From an uncultured Candidatus Saccharibacteria bacterium (GTDB lineage Bacteria > Patescibacteriota > Minisyncoccia > UBA9983), in NCBI GenBank assembly GCA_964372755.1, contig CAYJQX010000002.1, forward strand, positions 74,287 to 138,286: a DNA stretch of 64,000 bases. The letters are read 5' to 3'. Below the pieces are notes generated by a model, which had not been told where the DNA came from, ran no database searches, and saw only the letters and a list, made by a program, of their open reading frames with translations. The stretch's first letter is position 1; every line of letters begins with the position of its first letter. Below are positions 1 through 9,188 of this stretch, piece by piece. The position numbers and the translations under genes are program-made.

Positions 1-11
1 AGAAAGAAGCG

Positions 12-242
12 ATGTTGGAGTATTGTGTGACAGTTGAGAACTTCTCATCCAGTTTAGGAAATATCGGATTGCAAGTGCAATTTTTGGATAAGGATGAAAA
101 TGTGCTTGCTGAAGTTGCAGACAACATCATAGACGTTCCAGGGAAGCGATCAAAAACGATTTACGGGTCTACTTTTGTATCAACTCAAATTTCGAAAGAA
201 GTGACGAGCGTTCAAGTCTCTGGTGTGCGATGGGGTCTCTGA
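12..242 (+). CDS. hypothetical protein (within integrated element)
   Basis: 76-aa ORF with coding-like composition. No recognisable motif. Confidence 0.25.
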   Translation: MLEYCVTVENFSSSLGNIGLQVQFLDKDENVLAEVADNIIDVPGKRSKTIYGSTFVSTQISKEVTSVQVSGVRWGL

Positions 243-587
243 TGATTTCACTCGTTTTGGATTGTTCTCACACTGTGTAAAGAAACTGGGCACAGCATGC
301 TTTCTGGGTAATAACACTAGGGGCGTAGGTACTTCGATGGTGCTGCAAAGTTCTGTGGTCCTATCTGAGACACTTTCAGTAAGAAGTTAATAGTTTATAT
401 ATCTTTGAGTCACCAAACACCCTCACAAGGGCGTTTTTTATTTTCTCCTGTGGATAACTCAAAAATGGCGAAATGGCTTAAACAAAGGTTTTTCTTTTTT
501 CTAAAAGTAGAGATGTATCTATATGCGTCTATAAAATTACACATCGTGCACGTTTCGGTGTCAAGAGTTACTGGGTAAGCTTGAAGA

Positions 588-776
588 ATGCAGTTTACGC
601 AAAGGTCGATTCAAAACTTTCAAAGATTGTATCTCCAGAATTTCGGTGAGCAACTTTCTGATGACGAAGCAAAACAGAAAGCGGAGTATCTCCTAGAAGT
701 TTACAGAATCATTTTTGGACTGCCAAGCGTTGAGGAGTTCTTTGACAACAAAATAGACGATGAAAAAGCGGAGTGA
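588..776 (+). CDS. hypothetical small protein, overlaps start of next gene by 17 nt
   Basis: 62-aa ORF directly upstream of and overlapping the 760 ORF, suggesting possible translational coupling. No motif. Confidence 0.3.
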   Translation: MQFTQRSIQNFQRLYLQNFGEQLSDDEAKQKAEYLLEVYRIIFGLPSVEEFFDNKIDDEKAE

Positions 777-1308
777 GTTAGTCACTATCTGGGAGTGTGT
801 GTCGAATATTCCCGGATGGTTAAGAGTGCTGTGGCTGACGAAGCTGTACACGGATGAAGAACTGGATGAGTTGGAACGGATTGACGATGAATTTCGTGCT
901 TTTGCCAGAGAGGCGGAAATCAAACATCGGAAGTGGTTGCGGGAGAATCTCCCTCGGACTACGGATGAGTGGCTGAAAATCTTTCCAGAGGCGAAACATC
1001 TGGTGAAGCCGGTCTCTCAACAACAGAAGAAATTCGATGAGCAGTTGGAAGTTGCTCGGAGCGTAGATCTGGAGTCGGTGGTTGAGCAGTATGTGGACTT
1101 GAAACGGAGCGGTGTGTATCGGTTGGTCGGGCTGTGTCCTTTCCACACTGAAAAGACACCCTCATTCGTCGTGTTCACGGACGAACCCCATTACTACTGT
1201 TTTGGGTGTCATGAGCACGGAGATGTCATCAAATTTATTAGACAAGTCGAAAAATTAACATTTAAGCAAGCCGTGAGTACCCTCTACAGGTTCTCACGGG
1301 GCGATTAA
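760..1308 (+). CDS. DnaG-type CHC2 zinc-finger domain protein (primase zinc-binding domain only)
   Basis: The C-terminal segment CPFHTEKTPSFVVFTDEPHYYCFGCHEHGDVIKFI is nearly identical in pattern to the zinc finger of the bona fide DnaG at 45063-46805 ([11 protein letters not shown]...CFGCQKSGD). There is no TOPRIM or catalytic domain. Confidence 0.6.
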   Translation: MKKRSELVTIWECVSNIPGWLRVLWLTKLYTDEELDELERIDDEFRAFAREAEIKHRKWLRENLPRTTDEWLKIFPEAKHLVKPVSQQQKKFDEQLEVARSVDLESVVEQYVDLKRSGVYRLVGLCPFHTEKTPSFVVFTDEPHYYCFGCHEHGDVIKFIRQVEKLTFKQAVSTLYRFSRGD

Positions 1309-1320
1309 AAAATTACAAAT

Positions 1321-2931
1321 ATGAGCAAAGATAAAAAATCGAAAGACGAAAATCCCATCAAGAAAATTGCGAAGGAAGAGAAGGTGAAAAAAGATGAGAC
1401 TGCTAAAAAACAAGAAGAGGGGCAGGATAAGTTCAGGGTTGGAGTGTCATATATTCTTCCAGACGAGTCTCCTGTCGAGATGATATACGATGAGGCAAAT
1501 CTCAAGACGAAGCTGGCAGTCTATAAGGACGGTGTAGTAACACTAGAAGACAAAATCAAGATTGCTGACAGTCTGTGGTTGGTTCCACTTCAACCAACCA
1601 ATAGTCTTCTTACAAAAAATTTCATCCTGTTTCCCTCGGAGGTCGGTGATTACATCGACAACAAAGCTCTCTATGAGGAGATTCGTTCATTCATAGATAG
1701 GTATGTTGAGCTTCCGACGGCGTTTCTGTCGGTTGCAACGGTGTATGTGATGATGAGTTGGCTGTACGATCGATTCTCGAATTGTCCCTACTTGAAGGTA
1801 TGCGGACTCTACGGAACTGGGAAGACACGAGTGTTGGAGGTCGTAGGTCACCTAGCGTATAAATCGATTCTAGCGGGAGGGTCAACGACTCCAGCGGCAT
1901 TGTTCCGAACACTCGATAGATACAACGGAAGTCTGATTTTCGATGAGGCCGATCTATCGAACATTGACACAAAAGACATCTTGCAAATTCTTAGGCAGGG
2001 GTACAACAAGAATTTTCCTGTGACGAGAATGGAGCCCTTACCGAATGGTGACTACCGAACTCGTACATTCGCGGTGTTTGGTCCAAAAGTAATGGCTTCT
2101 CAATCAAAATCAAATGACAATGCATTCGAAAGCAGATGTATGACTCAACACATGTATCCAGTCGTTGAAAATACGAGACCGATTGAGTTGAGTCCTCAAT
2201 TCAAAAAAGAAGCAATGAGTCTAAGAAACAAGTTGCTGATGTTCCGGTTTCGGAATCTCAACAATGTGGTTGTGGATGAAAAATCTGTTGACGCTATTAA
2301 GCTTCCTCGGTTGAAGCAGACAGGACTATCTGTGGTGACGATTGCGAAGATGGTGAGTAAGGCTGCGCTCGATGATGTGGTGGAGTTTCTGCTTGGGTAT
2401 GAAGTCGAGCTAGGTATCGAACAAGCGGATACTGTCGAAAACGATATTTTGCGTGCCGTCTTGGATCTTCTAACAGAAAGATACATTCAAGAGTCTGGAA
2501 AGATTCGAGTAGGTCATGATTTAGCGGAGAGGTTTAATAGCATGAGCTATGAAGATTACTCGGAAAGGAGGCCGTCGAGCATGTACAGTGTGATGTCGTC
2601 AACAACTCACAAAACATCTCCCAAGAAAATCGGGGCGTTTCTTCGTAGGATGGGTATTCGTGTTGAGCGGGACAATGGTGGTTTCTACATTCTGATTGCA
2701 AAGGAGTATCCCAAGATTCGGTTGCTGTCGAAGCGATACGGGCTTGAGAAGCTCTACACTCTTCCAGACGACATGAATCAGATTAAAGAAATAAAACCCA
2801 AGGTTCTGAGAAAGAAGAAGGAGGAGAAGATTGAGAAGAAAGTGGTGGAGCATACGCCGTTGTCCGACGAAGCGTACAAAGAGATATTCGGAGATGATTC
2901 GCTGTCAAAGGATTCTCCAATTCAAAGTTAA
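1321..2931 (+). CDS. P-loop NTPase, primase-associated/D5- or DUF3987-like replication ATPase (inferred)
   Basis: Walker A GLYGTGKT and Walker B LIFDEADL are present, with a Lys/Glu-rich N-terminus. The gene sits immediately downstream of the primase zinc-finger gene. Confidence 0.5.
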   Translation: MSKDKKSKDENPIKKIAKEEKVKKDETAKKQEEGQDKFRVGVSYILPDESPVEMIYDEANLKTKLAVYKDGVVTLEDKIKIADSLWLVPLQPTNSLLTKNFILFPSEVGDYIDNKALYEEIRSFIDRYVELPTAFLSVATVYVMMSWLYDRFSNCPYLKVCGLYGTGKTRVLEVVGHLAYKSILAGGSTTPAALFRTLDRYNGSLIFDEADLSNIDTKDILQILRQGYNKNFPVTRMEPLPNGDYRTRTFAVFGPKVMASQSKSNDNAFESRCMTQHMYPVVENTRPIELSPQFKKEAMSLRNKLLMFRFRNLNNVVVDEKSVDAIKLPRLKQTGLSVVTIAKMVSKAALDDVVEFLLGYEVELGIEQADTVENDILRAVLDLLTERYIQESGKIRVGHDLAERFNSMSYEDYSERRPSSMYSVMSSTTHKTSPKKIGAFLRRMGIRVERDNGGFYILIAKEYPKIRLLSKRYGLEKLYTLPDDMNQIKEIKPKVLRKKKEEKIEKKVVEHTPLSDEAYKEIFGDDSLSKDSPIQS

Positions 2932-3050
2932 CTTGTTAATGATGTTCACATTGAGATGAGTATAGTCACCTACTTTTGTCAGTGAGTGACTTCTCATTGT
3001 GAGAAGTTGTTAACACTCTGGGATTATTAACCTATACATATATAGAATAG

Positions 3051-3061
3051 TGTGGTATAAT
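3051..3061 (+). promoter_or_regulatory. extended -10 element TGGTATAAT
   Basis: tgTGGTATAAT in the AT-rich intergenic region upstream of the small ORF and recombinase. Confidence 0.25.
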
Positions 3062-3106
3062 ATATTTATGAAAATAAAGTATTTAAGCCATATTTTCTAA
3101 ATTGTA

Positions 3107-3277
3107 TGGATTTCGAGTCACTCAAAGATTGTGTAATCGTAGACATGATTGAGAAAGTCAAAAGAATGACTCGGGATGAACTTGAGAGACGGGTGATCGA
3201 TTTTGAATCTCGAAAAATCGAAACTCTCAAAACCTTAAATGAAGTAATAGATTATGGAAACAAAAACAAAACTTAGA
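3107..3277 (+). CDS. small hypothetical protein (56 aa), candidate recombination directionality factor or regulator
   Basis: ATG-initiated ORF absent from the track because it is under 60 aa (MDFESLKDCVIVDMIEKVKRMTRDELERRVIDFESRKIETLKTLNEVIDYGNKNKT). It overlaps the recombinase start. Confidence 0.25.
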
Positions 3278-4852
3278 TATGTAGCGTATGCTCGTAAGTC
3301 GACTGACCAGGAAGAGAAACAAATCACTTCCATTGAAGATCAGTTGCGGGAAATTGAGCGAATAGGTACAGGTTGTCACATCACAAAGAAACTCACGGAG
3401 AAGCGGACTGCTAAAACTCTCGGTCGTCCTGTTTTTGCTGAGATGTTGCAGTTGATACTGGATAAGAAAGTGGATGGGATAGTTTGTTGGAAGCTGAATC
3501 GGTTGGCGAGAAATCCAATAGACGGAGGGCAGATAATCTGGATGTTGCAAAATGGAGTCATCAAAGAAATCAGGACTGATGATGGTATCTATACTCCAGA
3601 GAGTGACATGATAATGCTTCACATCCACTTCGGGATGGCTCACCAGTTTAGTCTGAATCTCAGTAAAGATATCAAGAGAGGGTTGCAGGGTCGTCTTCGT
3701 GAGGGTGTTCGTCCCTCAATTGCCCCCATCGGGTACAAAAACAGCCAGTATCACATCAAACGGATGGAGGAAATCTTGGTTGATGAGGAGCGATTCCCAA
3801 AAGTAAGAAAGGTATTCGAGCTAATGCTTTCTGGGCAATACTCTCCCCTCAAGTTGGTTGAGATTGCGGATAAGCAACTTCATCTGGAGACAAGGGGGAC
3901 GAAGAAATGGCCAAGAAAAGCCATGAGCAAGTCGAATATGTATCGGGTTCTCACATCACCTTTCTACTACGGGGAATTTGAGTTTCCAGAGGGTAGTGGA
4001 AACTGGCATGTCGGGAAACATACACCCATGATTACCAGAGATGAGTATGACAAAATCCAATCTCTTCTTGGTCGTGAGGGTAGACCGAGACCGAAGACTC
4101 ACATCTTTGCGTACACTGGATTGATGCGGTGTGCGGGTTGCGGTGCAAGGATTACAGCTGAAGAAAAATGGAAGCACCAACAAAACGGAAACAGTCACCA
4201 CTACATCTACTATCGGTGTACTGGCAGTCAGGGTCCGGAGTGTACGGAGAAGTCGGTTGAGGTGAAAGTATTGGAGAAACAAATTGATGACTTCCTCTCC
4301 AAGATTCAAATCCCTCCAGAGTTCCATGAGTGGGCTGTTGAGGAGTTGAAGAAGCTCCATGAAAAAGAGAAGGGTGATAGAAACTCCTTGATTCTGAAGC
4401 ATGAACAGGAATACAAGGACTGTGTATTCAAGTTGGATCAGTTGATGGAGCTTCGGTTGGAGGGCAAAGTGTCGGAAGAAATGTTTTCTCAGAAAGAATC
4501 ACAACTCTTGAAGCAGAAGCAGGATTTGAAGCGGTTGATTGATGGAGATGATAAGCGGGTAGATGACTGGTTGGTTCGTCTTGAAAGCACCCTTACCTTT
4601 GCTGAGAGGGCTAGAGAGGAGTTTGCGAAGGGTGATATTGCGAAGAGAAGGCAAATTCTAACTGCTCTGGGTAGTGAGCATATCCTCAAAGACAGGGCAA
4701 TACATATTCAAACGGAAAAACCACTCCTTGTACTTCAAGAAGTGGTTTCCGTGAGCAATCAACTCTTAGATAAGTTAGAACCTCCCAAAAGTGTTGGAAA
4801 CAATGGGCGGATTAAACAAATCTATGCTGAAAGTTCATCAATGTGGACCTGA
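3254..4852 (+). CDS. large serine recombinase (integrase)
   Basis: N-terminal resolvase domain with catalytic Ser (YVAYARKSTDQEE...SIEDQ), a recombinase domain, and a zinc ribbon CAGCGARI...YRC. Length 532 aa. Confidence 0.8.
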   Translation: METKTKLRYVAYARKSTDQEEKQITSIEDQLREIERIGTGCHITKKLTEKRTAKTLGRPVFAEMLQLILDKKVDGIVCWKLNRLARNPIDGGQIIWMLQNGVIKEIRTDDGIYTPESDMIMLHIHFGMAHQFSLNLSKDIKRGLQGRLREGVRPSIAPIGYKNSQYHIKRMEEILVDEERFPKVRKVFELMLSGQYSPLKLVEIADKQLHLETRGTKKWPRKAMSKSNMYRVLTSPFYYGEFEFPEGSGNWHVGKHTPMITRDEYDKIQSLLGREGRPRPKTHIFAYTGLMRCAGCGARITAEEKWKHQQNGNSHHYIYYRCTGSQGPECTEKSVEVKVLEKQIDDFLSKIQIPPEFHEWAVEELKKLHEKEKGDRNSLILKHEQEYKDCVFKLDQLMELRLEGKVSEEMFSQKESQLLKQKQDLKRLIDGDDKRVDDWLVRLESTLTFAERAREEFAKGDIAKRRQILTALGSEHILKDRAIHIQTEKPLLVLQEVVSVSNQLLDKLEPPKSVGNNGRIKQIYAESSSMWT

Positions 4853-4916
4853 GGAGAGTCGAACTCCTGACCTTCGCTTTGCAAAAGCGCTGCTCTACCA
4901 ACTGAGCTACAGGCCC
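4844..4916 (-). tRNA. tRNA-Ala (anticodon UGC)
   Basis: Minus-strand cloverleaf GGGCCTG-TA-GCTCAGTTGGTAGAGC-A-GCGCT-TTTGCAA-AGCGA-AGGTC-AGGAG-TTCGACT-CTCCT-CAGGTCC-A. It shows the G3:U70 Ala identity pair. CCA is not encoded. Confidence 0.85.
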
Positions 4917-5100
4917 GATTTTTAGTTTACTAGATGTTAATTTAGTAAAAATACCAACAAAAACCACTAGCCTAGAATAGCTTTTTTAAAAGAGGGAGTA
5001 AAGAGCTTGTTTGACAATTTTTGTTAGAAAATGTACTTTGTCAGACAGACAAATCCCTTATTTCTTCATATTTCTTAAATCCACAAAAAAGGAGGAAAGG

Positions 5101-5463
5101 ATGTCATCGCGAAATAAACCTTTCGAACAAGGTTGTTTTGAGATGTGCCCTTGTGACATTGAAGAAATTCATGGGCACATAAGTTTTTTTGAGAAAAGCG
5201 AGTGTCTAGGAACACTGCCTCCGATTTTCTCCAAGAAGCGCGGTCTGGCTATAATTCAGAGCGCCTTATTAGCTCAAGAGATGACAAGAAAATGCGGGGA
5301 AAATATTTTACGGGAGATTATAGAATCTAATCTTCCGGAGGAAGAAACAGAAATGGATCGTAAAATAGGCATTATGCTTGGATTTCTCGGGATTTTTAGC
5401 AGTTTGATGGATCTTTTCCAAGACAAGGAGGAGAACAAAAAAGACTTCTCTATGTACAACTAA
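5101..5463 (+). CDS. hypothetical protein
   Basis: Strong SD AAAGGAGGAAAGG lies 2 nt upstream of ATG at 5101. The track ORF started earlier at a non-ATG codon. No motif. Confidence 0.4.
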   Translation: MSSRNKPFEQGCFEMCPCDIEEIHGHISFFEKSECLGTLPPIFSKKRGLAIIQSALLAQEMTRKCGENILREIIESNLPEEETEMDRKIGIMLGFLGIFSSLMDLFQDKEENKKDFSMYN

Positions 5464-5470
5464 AAAACTA

Positions 5471-5504
5471 AACGAGTCTCAGTCTGGGGACTCGTTTTTA
5501 TTTG
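5471..5504. terminator. bidirectional rho-independent terminator
   Basis: 8-bp stem aacgagtc/gactcgtt with a 10-nt loop, followed by TTTTTATTT. It lies between convergent genes. Confidence 0.5.
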
Positions 5505-6802
5505 TTCAAGACTTTAACGCTTGCCCCCAAATTATTTAATCTCTCTGCCAGATCTTCGTAACCCCGAGCGATAGAATACACGTTTCTCAAAATAGACGTG
5601 CCTTCGGAGGCAAGCATAGAAATTAAAATAATGGCGGCGGGACGCAAAGCGGGAGGACATACAATCTCTGTGGCTTTTAATTTTGTTGGCCCTTCTATGA
5701 AAACTCTGTGCGGATCGGCCAAAATTATATCGGCGCCTAATTTATTAAGCTCCATATAATAAATGGCACGATTTTCATAAACCCAATCATGGATAAGGGT
5801 TTTTCCCTTGGCTTGGGTAGCAATCGGCACAAAAAAAGGAAGATTATCTATATTTAGACCCGGATAAGGAAGAGGATGTATCTTTTCTTCCAAAGCTGTG
5901 AGCTTGGAAAATTTTGTTTCAATATCCACTAAATTCGTGCGCCCATTCAAAGATTTATATGGTTTTGAAATTTTATATTTAAAACCCATTTTTTCTATTT
6001 TCAAAAGTTCCAAAGACAAAAAATCTATGGGGCATCTTTCTATTTTGAAAGCCGAATTTGTCGTTGCGGCAATGGCTAGAAATAGCATGGATTCTATCGG
6101 GTCTTCGCTGGGAAAATAAACAATGTCTTTTTTGATTTCTTTCACTCCGTGAATTATCAAAGTAGACGTGCCGATACCCTCTATCTTTACACCCAAATCA
6201 GAGAGAAAAAAACACAATTCCTGAACCATATAATTTGATCCGGCAAAACGAATAGTGGATTTGCCCGAGATAAGCGCGGCGGCCATAATGGCGTTTTCCG
6301 TGGCCGTGTCTCCGGACTCATACATTGTTACTTCCGCTGGTTTCAGTTTTTTGACCCAAACATCGTAATCTTTGGAAGTCGCTTCTATTCTCACTCCGAA
6401 ATTTTCCAAAGCAAAAAGATGGGGGCGGACAGTCCGGCTCCCCAGCTTGCAACCCCCCGCTTGAGGAATTTTAAAAGAAGAAAAAAGATGGACCAGCGGC
6501 CCGAGAAAAAGAATGATGCTTCTGGTTTTTTCCGCCGAAACTCTGTTTATTCTGGCAAGAGAAATTTTTTTCGGCACAAAAACAGAAACATCGTTAGTGT
6601 TTTCCCATTTTACTTCCACGCCTATGCTTTGGAGGACTTCCATAATTCGGGAAACTTCTTCTATGCGAGGCATGTTTTTAAGCGTCGTTTGGCCCTTGTT
6701 TAAAAGAGAGGCGCAAAGCAAAACCACGGCCGCATTTTTTGAGGTTTTCGTAACAGCCGTACCGGTTAATTTTCTGCCTCCTTCAATCTGAAAATCCATA
6801 GC
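5498..6802 (-). CDS. murA: UDP-N-acetylglucosamine 1-carboxyvinyltransferase MurA
   Basis: EPT-fold protein of about 430 aa with the typical MurA N-terminus MDFQIEGGRKLTGTAVTKTSKNAAV. The start is taken at the internal Met that aligns with known MurA N-termini. The track ORF extends to 6853. Confidence 0.85.
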   Translation of the reverse strand, partial: AMDFQIEGGRKLTGTAVTKTSKNAAVVLLCASLLNKGQTTLKNMPRIEEVSRIMEVLQSIGVEVKWENTNDVSVFVPKKISLARINRVSAEKTRSIILFLGPLVHLFSSFKIPQAGGCKLGSRTVRPHLFALENFGVRIEATSKDYDVWVKKLKPAEVTMYESGDTATENAIMAAALISGKSTIRFAGSNYMVQELCFFLSDLGVKIEGIGTSTLIIHGVKEIKKDIVYFPSEDPIESMLFLAIAATTNSAFKIERCPIDFLSLELLKIEKMGFKYKISKPYKSLNGRTNLVDIETKFSKLTALEEKIHPLPYPGLNIDNLPFFVPIATQAKGKTLIHDWVYENRAIYYMELNKLGADIILADPHRVFIEGPTKLKATEIVCPPALRPAAIILISMLASEGTSILRNVYSIARGYEDLAERLNNLGASVKVLNK

Positions 6803-6840
6803 TACATAAGAGTAGCATTTTGTGCTATAGTCTTCAAATA

Positions 6841-7890
6841 ATGAGTTTTTCATATCTAAAGAAAGTTTCTCTCGCGAAACATTGCACCCTCCGCATTGGC
6901 GGGCAAGCTCGTTTTTTCTCTAAAATTAAATCCCAAAAAGATCTTCTAAAAGGCCTGCAATTTGCCAAAGAAAAAAAGATTCCTGTTTTTATTTTGGGGC
7001 ACGGCAGTAATGTCGTAATAAAAGACGGCGAATTCGCAGGTCTTGTTATGAAAATGGAAATCAAAGGAATGAAATTCTATAAAAATGGAGAAGCTAAGAT
7101 TGGAGCCGGTGTTTCTTGGGATAAATTCGTGGAAGAAGCGGTAAAAAGAAACCTCGGTGGCGCGGAATGCCTCTCTGCTATTCCCGGCACGGTAGGCACA
7201 GCGCCCGTTCAAAACATAGGCGCTTATGGGGTAGAGGTAGAAAGCATTATTAAGGAAGTCCATGCCATAGACAGAAATAATTTAAAAGAAGTCATTTTGC
7301 GAAAAAAAGATCTTGGGTTTGAGTACAGAAAAAGCATTTTTAATACGAAAAATAAAAATAGATATATTATTACAGAAGTAATTTTCGAGCTTATACCGGA
7401 AGGCAAGCCATATATTGTTTACGAAGACCTTATAAACTATTTTGCGGGTAAAAACCCAACTCTTCAGGAAGTGAGGGAAGCCGTTGTTGAAATAAGGACA
7501 AAGAAAGGCCACGTGGCCCCCGACTTTGTTAAAGCTTCGCCGAGCAAGCCCCTTATCCATCGGAGCGTCGGTTCTTTTTTTAAGAATCCGATTGTAACAA
7601 AAAAAGACTTTGAAAAAATAAAAGATAAGGTAAAAAATAAAAGTGGCAACTGGTTTTGGGAAACCGACAATAAGAAAATAAAAATTTCTGGCGCAAGACT
7701 GATAGAAGAGGCGGGGTTTGAAAAGGGCCAGATTTTTGGAAATGTGGGAATTTCCCCTTTTCATTCTCTAGTGCTCGTAACCTATAAAAACGCCACATCA
7801 TCGGAACTTTTGGATTTAGCCGATGAAATCCGTAAAAAAATAAAAAGCCGGTTCAATATCCAATTGGATATTGAACCGGAAATTATCTAG
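6841..7890 (+). CDS. murB: UDP-N-acetylenolpyruvoylglucosamine reductase MurB
   Basis: FAD-binding PCMH domain with ILGHGSNVVIKDG and a MurB C-terminal domain. It is divergent from murA. Confidence 0.8.
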   Translation: MSFSYLKKVSLAKHCTLRIGGQARFFSKIKSQKDLLKGLQFAKEKKIPVFILGHGSNVVIKDGEFAGLVMKMEIKGMKFYKNGEAKIGAGVSWDKFVEEAVKRNLGGAECLSAIPGTVGTAPVQNIGAYGVEVESIIKEVHAIDRNNLKEVILRKKDLGFEYRKSIFNTKNKNRYIITEVIFELIPEGKPYIVYEDLINYFAGKNPTLQEVREAVVEIRTKKGHVAPDFVKASPSKPLIHRSVGSFFKNPIVTKKDFEKIKDKVKNKSGNWFWETDNKKIKISGARLIEEAGFEKGQIFGNVGISPFHSLVLVTYKNATSSELLDLADEIRKKIKSRFNIQLDIEPEII

Positions 7891-7980
7891 CTTTTATTTT
7901 CTTTCCTCTTTATGGCTTTCTCCTTCGCCACAGAAGAGGACAATTCCGTTTTTCCGTGCAGTAATGCTTTATTTTGCCTT

Positions 7981-8013
7981 GGCCGGGATTTTTTCCCCGG
8001 CCGCATTTATATT
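7981..8013 (+). terminator. rho-independent terminator candidate after murB
   Basis: GC stem ggccggg/cccggcc with an 8-nt loop, followed by gcaTTTaTaTT. Confidence 0.4.
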
Positions 8014-8207
8014 CAAACACTTCAAAATTCAGTTGTTCGTGGGTATGGATTTGCCTTCTCTTATTACTTTTCCCCGGTTTTAAAATTCCCCGAGGCCTTG
8101 GAGCTCCATGATTAATCATGAGAAAATCTCCGTGGGTGAAGGTTTATAAATAAATCCAACAAGAGTCCTAGAGGGGATTATAGCAAAGAAAAAATTTCTT
8201 AAAAAGA

Positions 8208-9182
8208 CTACTTCCCACTCAAAGACAAAGAAACAATATGGTCAAGAAAGTGTTCTTGATTGGCTCCTACGGCGTCCAAAGCTTTTGGAAAAAGAGAAGA
8301 TGCCGTCATTCCCGGTAAAGTATTAATCTCCAGCGTATAAATATTCCCTCTTCTATCCACCATAAAATCCGTTCTGGAATAATGTCTGGCCCCGATAGAC
8401 TGATGAGCAAGGATGGCCGAGTGAGCCAGTTTTTTTCTTAAAACCTCGTCAATTTTTGCCGGACAAATTTCGACAGCAAAACCTCCATATTTGGCCTCAT
8501 AGTCAAAAAAAGATTTATTTTTATGGGGAATAATCTCCACCGCCGGCAAAGCATAATGTTTTTCTTCCCTGAAGTGGTCGATTACGCCACAGGTAAATTC
8601 CCTGCCAGAAATGGCTTCCTCTACCAAAATTTTTTTGGAAAATCCAAAGGCATGTTTGATGGACTCAATAAGTTCGGTAAAATTTTTGGCTAATTTTACA
8701 CCCAAGGAAGATCCTCCCGAGATAGGCTTGACCACCCAGTAGGGAGGCATATTTTTAAAAATGATTTTAGCCGATTCTTCAAGATCTTCCTCCTCTTCCA
8801 CCACTATACCCCTAGGAATCAAGAGACCGATATCTTCAAAAGCTTTCCTTGAAAAAATTTTATTCATCCCCAAAAACGAAGCATGGGACAGAGAACCGGT
8901 AAAAGGGATTTTATGGGTCTCCAATATCCTCTGCACTTCTCCGTCTTCTCCATATTTTCCGTGCAAAGCCACAAAAGCCACGTCAGACATTCTTAGAGCC
9001 TTCTCAGGCAAAACAGGCACATCCTTCAATGTCCACTCTCCGTTTTTACGAATTAGAATATCAAGCGGAGAATATTTTTTTGTTCGAGAAAAAGCGTCTA
9101 TTACAGATTGACCGCTTGCAAGAGAAACTTCGTGTTCAAATGAAGGGCCTCCGCGTAAAACTGCTACTCTCAATTGCGCCAT
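8208..9182 (-). CDS. ddl: D-alanine--D-alanine ligase
   Basis: N-terminus VAVLRGGPSFEHEVSLASGQSV and an ATP-grasp fold, about 320 aa. Confidence 0.85.
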   Translation of the reverse strand: MAQLRVAVLRGGPSFEHEVSLASGQSVIDAFSRTKKYSPLDILIRKNGEWTLKDVPVLPEKALRMSDVAFVALHGKYGEDGEVQRILETHKIPFTGSLSHASFLGMNKIFSRKAFEDIGLLIPRGIVVEEEEDLEESAKIIFKNMPPYWVVKPISGGSSLGVKLAKNFTELIESIKHAFGFSKKILVEEAISGREFTCGVIDHFREEKHYALPAVEIIPHKNKSFFDYEAKYGGFAVEICPAKIDEVLRKKLAHSAILAHQSIGARHYSRTDFMVDRRGNIYTLEINTLPGMTASSLFPKALDAVGANQEHFLDHIVSLSLSGK

Positions 9183-9188
9183 AGAAGT

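Larger units (their letters stand above)
1..4850. mobile_element. Integrated mobile element, partial (left end outside window): primase Zn-finger protein, P-loop NTPase, small ORF and large serine recombinase, abutting tRNA-Ala
   Basis: Gene content is a replication module plus a serine recombinase. Composition is visibly GC-richer than the flanking backbone. The recombinase stop codon overlaps the tRNA-Ala 3' end. No att repeat could be identified inside the window. Confidence 0.5.

Noticed and set aside
419-445. Terminator-like ccctcacaaggg plus T-run in the island intergenic region
   Set aside because: The stem is only about 4 bp, too weak to call.
693-1165. Minus-strand ORFs 693-923, 820-1146 and 959-1165 overlapping the primase zinc-finger gene
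   Set aside because: They are shadow ORFs antisense to a gene with a clear conserved motif. Their translations are low-complexity (Ser/Pro/Leu-rich).
5010-5040. TTGACA box upstream of the 5101 gene as a promoter
   Set aside because: No acceptable -10 lies at 16-18 nt spacing (only TACTTT), so it is left unannotated.
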